Source of the DNA: Auanema rhodensis
Lineage: Eukaryota > Animalia > Nematoda
Assembly: GCA_964057225.1 (NCBI GenBank)
Contig: OZ059899.1
Span: forward strand, 4,588,001-4,652,000
Direction: 5' to 3'
Length of the DNA: 64,000 nt
The notes beneath the pieces were generated by a model. That model was not told the DNA's origin, searched no databases, and worked only from the letters and a program-made list of their open reading frames with translations. Each line of letters starts with the position of its first letter. Position 1 is the first letter of the stretch. Shown one piece after another: positions 1 to 10,900 of the stretch. Made by a program: the position numbers and the translations under genes.

Positions 1-36
1 TTCGAAAAAATTTTTGTCAAAATGTTTTTGGAAGCA

Positions 37-64
37 ATGTTGAGTGTACATGGAAACTCAACAT
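37..64. other. Inverted repeat 1 of the monomer: 9-bp perfect arms, 10-nt spacer
   Basis: ATGTTGAGT (37-45) is the exact reverse complement of ACTCAACAT (56-64). I saw no variant in these arms in any copy. Confidence 0.9.
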
Positions 65-138
65 ACACTAATGCATCATTTTTCAAACGATCATAACTGA
101 TTTTTGTATCAAGCGTTTCTCAATGTAGTATAGTGCAT

Positions 139-205
139 TCGATGCGGATTTTTAAGCTGCGTCGATCTGTGTTATCAGATTTGCGCTAGCTTAAAAATGC
201 ACCGA
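139..205. other. Inverted repeat 2 of the monomer: long imperfect stem-loop
   Basis: ATTTTTAAGCT (148-158) pairs perfectly with AGCTTAAAAAT (188-198). Inner pairs are GCG (159-161)/CGC (184-186) and ATCTG (165-169)/CAGAT (176-180) around a 6-nt loop. Outer pairing is TCGATGC (139-145)/GCACCGA (199-205) with one mismatch. Confidence 0.9.
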
Positions 206-339
206 GATATCAACTGATATATGTTCACACTTATATCCTCGATTTTCACCCTGAAGAATTAATTTTTTCGTTGAATAACATTGTCCATCGTCTTTGCCTT
301 GAAAAAAGGAATCTAGAAGCATCTACTTTTTGCTAAATT

Positions 340-374
340 ATTTTGAAATTTTTCGAAAAAATTTTTGTCAAAAT
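340..374. other. AT-rich quasi-palindrome centred on TTCGAA at each monomer junction
   Basis: TTTTTCGAAAAA (349-360) is a perfect 12-bp palindrome. It overlaps AAAAATTTTT (357-366) and is flanked by ATTTTGA (340-346)/TCAAAAT (368-374). Confidence 0.85.
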
Positions 375-1971
375 GTTTTTGGAAGCAATGTTGAGTGTAC
401 ATGGAAACTCAACATACACTAATGCATCATTTTTCAAACGATCATAACTAATTTTTGTATTAAGCGTTTCTCAATGTAGTATAGTGCATTCGATGCGGAT
501 TTTTAAGCTGCGTCGATCTGTGTTATCAGATTTGCGCTAGCTTAAAAATGCACCGAGATATCAACTGATATAAGTTCACACTTATATCTTCGATTTTCAC
601 CCTGAAGAATTAATTTTTTCGTTGAATAACATTGTCCATCGTCTTCGCCTTGAAAAAAAGGAATCTAGAAGCATCTACTTTTTGCTAAATTATTTTGAAA
701 TTTTTCGAAAAAATTTTTGTCAAAATGTTTTTGGAAGCAATGTTGAGTGTACATGGAAACTCAACATACACTAATGCATCATTTTTCAAACGATCATAAC
801 TGATTTTTGTATTAAGCGTTTCTCAATGTAGTATAGTGCATTCGATGCGGATTTTTAAGCTGCGTCGATCTGTGTTATCAGATTTGCGCTAGCTTAAAAA
901 TGCACCGAGATATCAACTGATATATGTTCACACTTATATCCTCGATTTTCACCCTGAAGAATCAATTTTTTCATTGAATAACATTGTCCATCGTCTTTGC
1001 CTTGAAAAAAGAAATCTAAAAACATCTACTTTTTGCTAAATTATTTTGAAATTTTTTGAAAAAATTTTTGTCAAAATGTTTTTGGAAGCAATGTTGAGTG
1101 TACATGGAAACTCAACATACACTAATGCATCATTTTTCAAACGATCATAACTGATTTTTGTATTAAGCGTTTCTCAATGTAGTATAGTGCATTCGATGCG
1201 GATTTTTAAGCTGCGTCGATCTGTGTTATCAGATTTGCGCTAGCTTAAAAATGCACCGAGATATCAACTGATATATGTTCACACTTATATCCTCGATTTT
1301 CACCCTGAAGAATCAATTTTTTCATTGAATAACATTGTCCATCGTCTTTGCCTTGAAAAAAGAAATCTAAAAACATCTACTTTTTGCTAAATTATTTTGA
1401 AATTTTTTGAAAAAATTTTTGTCAAAATGTTTTTGGAAGCAATGTTGAGTGTACATGGAAACTCAACATACACTAATGCATCATTTTTCAAACGATCATA
1501 ACTAATTTTTGTATTAAGCGTTTCTCAATGTAGTATAGTGCATTCGATGCGGATTTTTAAGCTGCGTCGATCTGTGTTATCAGATTTGCGCTAGCTTAAA
1601 AATGCACCGAGATATCAACTGATATAAGTTCACACTTATATCTTCGATTTTCACCCTGAAGAATTAATTTTTTCGTTGAATAACATTGTCCATCGTCTTC
1701 GCCTTGAAAAAAGGAATCTAGAAGCATCTACTTTTTGCTAAATTATTTTGAAATTTTTCGAAAAAATTTTTGTCAAAATGTTTTTGGAAGCAATGTTGAG
1801 TGTACATGGAAACTCAACATACACTAATGCATCATTTTTCAAACGATCATAACTGATTTTTGTATCAAGCGTTTCTCAATGTAGTATAGTGCATTCGATG
1901 CGGATTTTTAAGCTGCGTCGATCTGTGTTATCAGATTTGCGCTAGCTTAAAAATGCACCGAGATATCAACT

Positions 1972-1993
1972 GATATAAGTTCACACTTATATC
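1972..1993. other. Inverted repeat 3 of the monomer (sites 216-237): 9-bp arms, 4-nt loop; shown in monomer 6 where it is perfect
   Basis: GATATAAGT-TCAC-ACTTATATC: the arms are exact reverse complements in the A222/T231/C237 haplotype. Confidence 0.88.
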
Positions 1994-4900
1994 CTCGATT
2001 TTCACCCTGAAGAATCAATTTTTTCATTGAATAACATTGTCCATCGTCTTTGCCTTGAAAAAAGAAATCTAAAAACATCTACTTTTTGCTAAATTATTTT
2101 GAAATTTTTCGAAAAAATTTTTGTCAAAATCTTTTTGGAAGCAATGTTGAGTGTACATGGAAACTCAACATACAGTAATGCATCATTTTTCAAACGATCA
2201 TAACTGATTTTTGTATCAAGCGTTTCTCAATGTAGTATAGTGCATTCGATGCGGATTTTTAAGCTGCGTCGATCTGTGTTATCAGATTTGCGCTAGCTTA
2301 AAAATGCACCGAGATATCAACTGATATATGTTCACACTTATATCCTCGATTTTCACCCTGAAGAATTAATTTTTTCGTTGAATAACATTGTCCATCGTCT
2401 TTGCCTTGAAAAAAGGAATCTAGAAGCATCTACTTTTTGCTAAATTATTTTGAAATTTTTCGAAAAAATTTTTGTCAAAATGTTTTTGGAAGCAATGTTG
2501 AGTGTACATGGAAACTCAACATACACTAATGCATCATTTTTCAAACGATCATAACTGATTTTTGTATTAAGCGTTTCTCAATGTAGTATAGTGCATTCGA
2601 TGCGGATTTTTAAGCTGCGTCGATCTGTGTTATCAGATTTGCGCTAGCTTGAAAATGCACCGAGATATCAACTGATATAAGTTCACACTTATATCCTCGA
2701 TTTTCACCCTGAAGAATCAATTTTTTCGTTGAATAACATTGTCCATCGTCTTTGCCTTGAAAAAAGAAATCTAAAAACATCTACTTTTTGCTAAATTATC
2801 TTGAAATTTTTCGAAAAAATTTTTGTCAAAATGTTTTTGGAAGCAATGTTGAGTGTACATGGAAACTCAACATACACTAATGCATCATTTTTCAAACGAT
2901 CATAACTGATTTTTGTATCAAGCGTTTCTCAATGTAGTATAGTGCATTCGATGCGGATTTTTAAGCTGCGTCGATCTGTGTTATCAGATTTGCGCTAGCT
3001 TAAAAATGCACCGAGATATCAACTGATATAAGTTCACACTTATATCCTCGATTTTCACCCTGAAGAATTAATTTTTTCGTTGAATAACATTGTCCATCGT
3101 CTTTGCCTTGAAAAAAGGAATCTAGAAGCATCTACTTTTTGCTAAATTATTTTGAAATTTTTCGAAAAAATTTTTGTCAAAATGTTTTTGGAAGCAATGT
3201 TGAGTGTACATGGAAACTCAACATACACTAATGCATCATTTTTCAAACGATCATAACTGATTTTTGTATCAAGCGTTTCTCAATGTAGTATAGTGCATTC
3301 GATGCGGATTTTTAAGCTGCGTCGATCTGTGTTATCAGATTTGCGCTAGCTTAAAAATGCACCGAGATATCAACTGATATATGTTCACACTTATATCCTC
3401 GATTTTCACCCTGAAGAATTAATTTTTTCGTTGAATAACATTGTCCATCGTCTTTGCCTTGAAAAAAGGAATCTAGAAGCATCTACTTTTTGCTAAATTA
3501 TTTTGAAATTTTTCGAAAAAATTTTTGTCAAAATGTTTTTGGAAGCAATGTTGAGTGTACATGGAAACTCAACATACACTAATGCATCATTTTTCAAACG
3601 ATCATAACTAATTTTTGTATTAAGCGTTTCTCAATGTAGTATAGTGCATTCGATGCGGATTTTTAAGCTGCGTCGATCTGTGTTATCAGATTTGCGCTAG
3701 CTTAAAAATGCACCGAGATATCAACTGATATAAGTTCACACTTATATCTTCGATTTTCACCCTGAAGAATTAATTTTTTCGTTGAATAACATTGTCCATC
3801 GTCTTCGCCTTGAAAAAAAGAAATCTAGAAGCATCTACTTTTTGCTAAATTATTTTGAAATTTTTCGAAAAAATTTTTGTCAAAATGTTTTTGGAAGCAA
3901 TGTTGAGTGTACATGGAAACTCAACATACACTAATGCATCATTTTTCAAACGATCATAACTGATTTTTGTATTAAGCGTTTCTCAATGTAGTATAGTGCA
4001 TTCGATGCGGATTTTTAAGCTGCGTCGATCTGTGTTATCAGATTTGCGCTAGCTTAAAAATGCACCGAGATATCAACTGATATATGTTCACACTTATATC
4101 CTCGATTTTCACCCTGAAGAATCAATTTTTTCATTGAATAACATTGTCCATCGTCTTTGCCTTGAAAAAAGAAATCTAAAAACATCTACTTTTTGCTAAA
4201 TTATTTTGAAATTTTTTGAAAAAATTTTTGTCAAAATGTTTTTGGAAGCAATGTTGAGTGTACATGGAAACTCAACATACACTAATGCATCATTTTTCAA
4301 ACGATCATAACTGATTTTTGTATTAAGCGTTTCTCAATGTAGTATAGTGCATTCGATGCGGATTTTTAAGCTGCGTCGATCTGTGTTATCAGATTTGCGC
4401 TAGCTTAAAAATGCACCGAGATATCAACTGATATATGTTCACACTTATATCCTCGATTTTCACCCTGAAGAATCAATTTTTTCATTGAATAACATTGTCC
4501 ATCGTCTTTGCCTTGAAAAAAGAAATCTAAAAACATCTACTTTTTGCTAAATTATTTTGAAATTTTTTGAAAAAATTTTTGTCAAAATGTTTTTGGAAGC
4601 AATGTTGAGTGTACATGGAAACTCAACATACACTAATGCATCATTTTTCAAACGATCATAACTAATTTTTGTATTAAGCGTTTCTCAATGTAGTATAGTG
4701 CATTCGATGCGGATTTTTAAGCTGCGTCGATCTGTGTTATCAGATTTGCGCTAGCTTAAAAATGCACCGAGATATCAACTGATATAAGTTCACACTTATA
4801 TCTTCGATTTTCACCCTGAAGAATTAATTTTTTCGTTGAATAACATTGTCCATCGTCTTCGCCTTGAAAAAAAGGAATCTAGAAGCATCTACTTTTTGCT

Positions 4901-7900
4901 AAATTATTTTGAAATTTTTCGAAAAAATTTTTGTCAAAATGTTTTTGGAAGCAATGTTGAGTGTACATGGAAACTCAACATACACTAATGCATCATTTTT
5001 CAAACGATCATAACTGATTTTTGTATTAAGCGTTTCTCAATGTAGTATAGTGCATTCGATGCGGATTTTTAAGCTGCGTCGATCTGTGTTATCAGATTTG
5101 CGCTAGCTTGAAAATGCACCGAGATATCAACTGATATAAGTTCACACTTATATCCTCGATTTTCACCCTGAAGAATCAATTTTTTCGTTGAATAACATTG
5201 TCCATCGTCTTTGCCTTGAAAAAAGAAATCTAAAAACATCTACTTTTTGCTAAATTATCTTGAAATTTTTCGAAAAAATTTTTGTCAAAATGTTTTTGGA
5301 AGCAATGTTGAGTGTACATGGAAACTCAACATACACTAATGCATCATTTTTCAAACGATCATAACTGATTTTTGTATCAAGCGTTTCTCAATGTAGTATA
5401 GTGCATTCGATGCGGATTTTTAAGCTGCGTCGATCTGTGTTATCAGATTTGCGCTAGCTTAAAAATGCACCGAGATATCAACTGATATATGTTCACACTT
5501 ATATCCTCGATTTTCACCCTGAAGAATTAATTTTTTCGTTGAATAACATTGTCCATCGTCTTTGCCTTGAAAAAAGGAATCTAGAAGCATCTACTTTTTG
5601 CTAAATTATTTTGAAATTTTTCGAAAAAATTTTTGTCAAAATGTTTTTGGAAGCAATGTTGAGTGTACATGGAAACTCAACATACACTAATGCATCATTT
5701 TTCAAACGATCATAACTGATTTTTGTATTAAGCGTTTCTCAATGTAGTATAGTGCATTCGATGCGGATTTTTAAGCTGCGTCGATCTGTGTTATCAGATT
5801 TGCGCTAGCTTGAAAATGCACCGAGATATCAACTGATATAAGTTCACACTTATATCCTCGATTTTCACCCTGAAGAATCAATTTTTTCGTTGAATAACAT
5901 TGTCCATCGTCTTTGCCTTGAAAAAAGAAATCTAAAAACATCTACTTTTTGCTAAATTATCTTGAAATTTTTCGAAAAAATTTTTGTCAAAATGTTTTTG
6001 GAAGCAATGTTGAGTGTACATGGAAACTCAACATACACTAATGCATCATTTTTCAAACGATCATAACTGATTTTTGTATCAAGCGTTTCTCAATGTAGTA
6101 TAGTGCATTCGATGCGGATTTTTAAGCTGCGTCGATCTGTGTTATCAGATTTGCGCTAGCTTAAAAATGCACCGAGATATCAACTGATATATGTTCACAC
6201 TTATATCCTCGATTTTCACCCTGAAGAATTAATTTTTTCGTTGAATAACATTGTCCATCGTCTTTGCCTTGAAAAAAGGAATCTAGAAGCATCTACTTTT
6301 TGCTAAATTATTTTGAAATTTTTCGAAAAAATTTTTGTCAAAATGTTTTTGGAAGCAATGTTGAGTGTACATGGAAACTCAACATACACTAATGCATCAT
6401 TTTTCAAACGATCATAACTAATTTTTGTATTAAGCGTTTCTCAATGTAGTATAGTGCATTCGATGCGGATTTTTAAGCTGCGTCGATCTGTGTTATCAGA
6501 TTTGCGCTAGCTTAAAAATGCACCGAGATATCAACTGATATAAGTTCACACTTATATCTTCGATTTTCACCCTGAAGAATTAATTTTTTCGTTGAATAAC
6601 ATTGTCCATCGTCTTCGCCTTGAAAAAAAGGAATCTAGAAGCATCTACTTTTTGCTAAATTATTTTGAAATTTTTCGAAAAAATTTTTGTCAAAATGTTT
6701 TTGGAAGCAATGTTGAGTGTACATGGAAACTCAACATACACTAATGCATCATTTTTCAAACGATCATAACTGATTTTTGTATTAAGCGTTTCTCAATGTA
6801 GTATAGTGCATTCGATGCGGATTTTTAAGCTGCGTCGATCTGTGTTATCAGATTTGCGCTAGCTTAAAAATGCACCGAGATATCAACTGATATATGTTCA
6901 CACTTATATCCTCGATTTTCACCCTGAAGAATCAATTTTTTCATTGAATAACATTGTCCATCGTCTTTGCCTTGAAAAAAGAAATCTAAAAACATCTACT
7001 TTTTGCTAAATTATTTTGAAATTTTTTGAAAAAATTTTTGTCAAAATGTTTTTGGAAGCAATGTTGAGTGTACATGGAAACTCAACATACACTAATGCAT
7101 CATTTTTCAAACGATCATAACTGATTTTTGTATTAAGCGTTTCTCAATGTAGTATAGTGCATTCGATGCGGATTTTTAAGCTGCGTCGATCTGTGTTATC
7201 AGATTTGCGCTAGCTTAAAAATGCACCGAGATATCAACTGATATATGTTCACACTTATATCCTCGATTTTCACCCTGAAGAATCAATTTTTTCATTGAAT
7301 AACATTGTCCATCGTCTTTGCCTTGAAAAAAGAAATCTAAAAACATCTACTTTTTGCTAAATTATTTTGAAATTTTTTGAAAAAATTTTTGTCAAAATGT
7401 TTTTGGAAGCAATGTTGAGTGTACATGGAAACTCAACATACACTAATGCATCATTTTTCAAACGATCATAACTGATTTTTGTATTAAGCGTTTCTCAATG
7501 TAGTATAGTGCATTCGATGCGGATTTTTAAGCTGCGTCGATCTGTGTTATCAGATTTGCGCTAGCTTAAAAATGCACCGAGATATCAACTGATATATGTT
7601 CACACTTATATCCTCGATTTTCACCCTGAAGAATCAATTTTTTCATTGAATAACATTGTCCATCGTCTTTGCCTTGAAAAAAGAAATCTAAAAACATCTA
7701 CTTTTTGCTAAATTATTTTGAAATTTTTTGAAAAAATTTTTGTCAAAATGTTTTTGGAAGCAATGTTGAGTGTACATGGAAACTCAACATACACTAATGC
7801 ATCATTTTTCAAACGATCATAACTAATTTTTGTATTAAGCGTTTCTCAATGTAGTATAGTGCATTCGATGCGGATTTTTAAGCTGCGTCGATCTGTGTTA

Positions 7901-10900
7901 TCAGATTTGCGCTAGCTTAAAAATGCACCGAGATATCAACTGATATAAGTTCACACTTATATCTTCGATTTTCACCCTGAAGAATTAATTTTTTCGTTGA
8001 ATAACATTGTCCATCGTCTTCGCCTTGAAAAAAGGAATCTAGAAGCATCTACTTTTTGCTAAATTATTTTGAAATTTTTCGAAAAAATTTTTGTCAAAAT
8101 GTTTTTGGAAGCAATGTTGAGTGTACATGGAAACTCAACATACACTAATGCATCATTTTTCAAACGATCATAACTGATTTTTGTATCAAGCGTTTCTCAA
8201 TGTAGTATAGTGCATTCGATGCGGATTTTTAAGCTGCGTCGATCTGTGTTATCAGATTTGCGCTAGCTTAAAAATGCACCGAGATATCAACTGATATAAG
8301 TTCACACTTATATCCTCGATTTTCACCCTGAAGAATCAATTTTTTCATTGAATAACATTGTCCATCGTCTTTGCCTTGAAAAAAGAAATCTAAAAACATC
8401 TACTTTTTGCTAAATTATTTTGAAATTTTTCGAAAAAATTTTTGTCAAAATCTTTTTGGAAGCAATGTTGAGTGTACATGGAAACTCAACATACAGTAAT
8501 GCATCATTTTTCAAACGATCATAACTGATTTTTGTATCAAGCGTTTCTCAATGTAGTATAGTGCATTCGATGCGGATTTTTAAGCTGCGTCGATCTGTGT
8601 TATCAGATTTGCGCTAGCTTAAAAATGCACCGAGATATCAACTGATATATGTTCACACTTATATCCTCGATTTTCACCCTGAAGAATTAATTTTTTCGTT
8701 GAATAACATTGTCCATCGTCTTTGCCTTGAAAAAAGGAATCTAGAAGCATCTACTTTTTGCTAAATTATTTTGAAATTTTTCGAAAAAATTTTTGTCAAA
8801 ATGTTTTTGGAAGCAATGTTGAGTGTACATGGAAACTCAACATACACTAATGCATCATTTTTCAAACGATCATAACTGATTTTTGTATTAAGCGTTTCTC
8901 AATGTAGTATAGTGCATTCGATGCGGATTTTTAAGCTGCGTCGATCTGTGTTATCAGATTTGCGCTAGCTTGAAAATGCACCGAGATATCAACTGATATA
9001 AGTTCACACTTATATCCTCGATTTTCACCCTGAAGAATCAATTTTTTCGTTGAATAACATTGTCCATCGTCTTTGCCTTGAAAAAAGAAATCTAAAAACA
9101 TCTACTTTTTGCTAAATTATCTTGAAATTTTTCGAAAAAATTTTTGTCAAAATGTTTTTGGAAGCAATGTTGAGTGTACATGGAAACTCAACATACACTA
9201 ATGCATCATTTTTCAAACGATCATAACTGATTTTTGTATCAAGCGTTTCTCAATGTAGTATAGTGCATTCGATGCGGATTTTTAAGCTGCGTCGATCTGT
9301 GTTATCAGATTTGCGCTAGCTTAAAAATGCACCGAGATATCAACTGATATATGTTCACACTTATATCCTCGATTTTCACCCTGAAGAATTAATTTTTTCG
9401 TTGAATAACATTGTCCATCGTCTTTGCCTTGAAAAAAGGAATCTAGAAGCATCTACTTTTTGCTAAATTATTTTGAAATTTTTCGAAAAAATTTTTGTCA
9501 AAATGTTTTTGGAAGCAATGTTGAGTGTACATGGAAACTCAACATACACTAATGCATCATTTTTCAAACGATCATAACTAATTTTTGTATTAAGCGTTTC
9601 TCAATGTAGTATAGTGCATTCGATGCGGATTTTTAAGCTGCGTCGATCTGTGTTATCAGATTTGCGCTAGCTTAAAAATGCACCGAGATATCAACTGATA
9701 TAAGTTCACACTTATATCTTCGATTTTCACCCTGAAGAATTAATTTTTTCGTTGAATAACATTGTCCATCGTCTTCGCCTTGAAAAAAAGGAATCTAGAA
9801 GCATCTACTTTTTGCTAAATTATTTTGAAATTTTTCGAAAAAATTTTTGTCAAAATGTTTTTGGAAGCAATGTTGAGTGTACATGGAAACTCAACATACA
9901 CTAATGCATCATTTTTCAAACGATCATAACTGATTTTTGTATTAAGCGTTTCTCAATGTAGTATAGTGCATTCGATGCGGATTTTTAAGCTGCGTCGATC
10001 TGTGTTATCAGATTTGCGCTAGCTTAAAAATGCACCGAGATATCAACTGATATATGTTCACACTTATATCCTCGATTTTCACCCTGAAGAATCAATTTTT
10101 TCATTGAATAACATTGTCCATCGTCTTTGCCTTGAAAAAAGAAATCTAAAAACATCTACTTTTTGCTAAATTATTTTGAAATTTTTTGAAAAAATTTTTG
10201 TCAAAATGTTTTTGGAAGCAATGTTGAGTGTACATGGAAACTCAACATACACTAATGCATCATTTTTCAAACGATCATAACTGATTTTTGTATTAAGCGT
10301 TTCTCAATGTAGTATAGTGCATTCGATGCGGATTTTTAAGCTGCGTCGATCTGTGTTATCAGATTTGCGCTAGCTTAAAAATGCACCGAGATATCAACTG
10401 ATATATGTTCACACTTATATCCTCGATTTTCACCCTGAAGAATCAATTTTTTCATTGAATAACATTGTCCATCGTCTTTGCCTTGAAAAAAGAAATCTAA
10501 AAACATCTACTTTTTGCTAAATTATTTTGAAATTTTTTGAAAAAATTTTTGTCAAAATGTTTTTGGAAGCAATGTTGAGTGTACATGGAAACTCAACATA
10601 CACTAATGCATCATTTTTCAAACGATCATAACTAATTTTTGTATTAAGCGTTTCTCAATGTAGTATAGTGCATTCGATGCGGATTTTTAAGCTGCGTCGA
10701 TCTGTGTTATCAGATTTGCGCTAGCTTAAAAATGCACCGAGATATCAACTGATATAAGTTCACACTTATATCTTCGATTTTCACCCTGAAGAATTAATTT
10801 TTTCGTTGAATAACATTGTCCATCGTCTTCGCCTTGAAAAAAGGAATCTAGAAGCATCTACTTTTTGCTAAATTATTTTGAAATTTTTCGAAAAAATTTT

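Larger units (their letters stand above)
1..351. repeat. Representative 351-bp monomer (phase arbitrary)
   Basis: Hand count gives 58 C and 56 G in 351 bases, 12 CpG, and many A/T tracts of 4-6 nt. It contains TTCGAA (1-6), TGTACA (45-50), ATGCAT (71-76), GCTAGC (185-190), GATATC (206-211) and a polymorphic TCTAGA (312-317). Confidence 0.98.

Noticed and set aside
22-96. Short ORF MFLEAMLSVHGNSTYTNASFFKRS* repeated in each monomer
   Set aside because: Only 24 codons with no recognisable similarity, as expected by chance. All six frames contain stops in each monomer under the standard code.
266-282. CENP-B box-like TTTCGTTGAATAACATT
   Set aside because: It matches TTCG....A but lacks the essential CGGG half, and G270 is A in many copies.
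251-335. Hammerhead ribozyme, as known in some satellites: CTGAAGA (251-257) fits CUGANGA, and GAAA (301-304) is followed by a possible AAAAG/CTTTT stem
   Set aside because: Stem II does not close between 258 and 300, and no partner exists for stem I (CACC upstream of CUGA). The minus strand has only CTGATAA. The core motifs are present without the required helices.
1-351. Tandem RNA gene cluster (5S rRNA, tRNA, snRNA, spliced leader)
   Set aside because: I recognise no cloverleaf, Pol III A/B/C boxes, 5S, U-snRNA or SL exon sequence. AATTTTTG-like strings resemble Sm sites but are expected at this composition. An Rfam search would be the formal test.
1-351. Monomer as a dimer of about 175-bp subunits
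   Set aside because: No visible similarity between the two halves.
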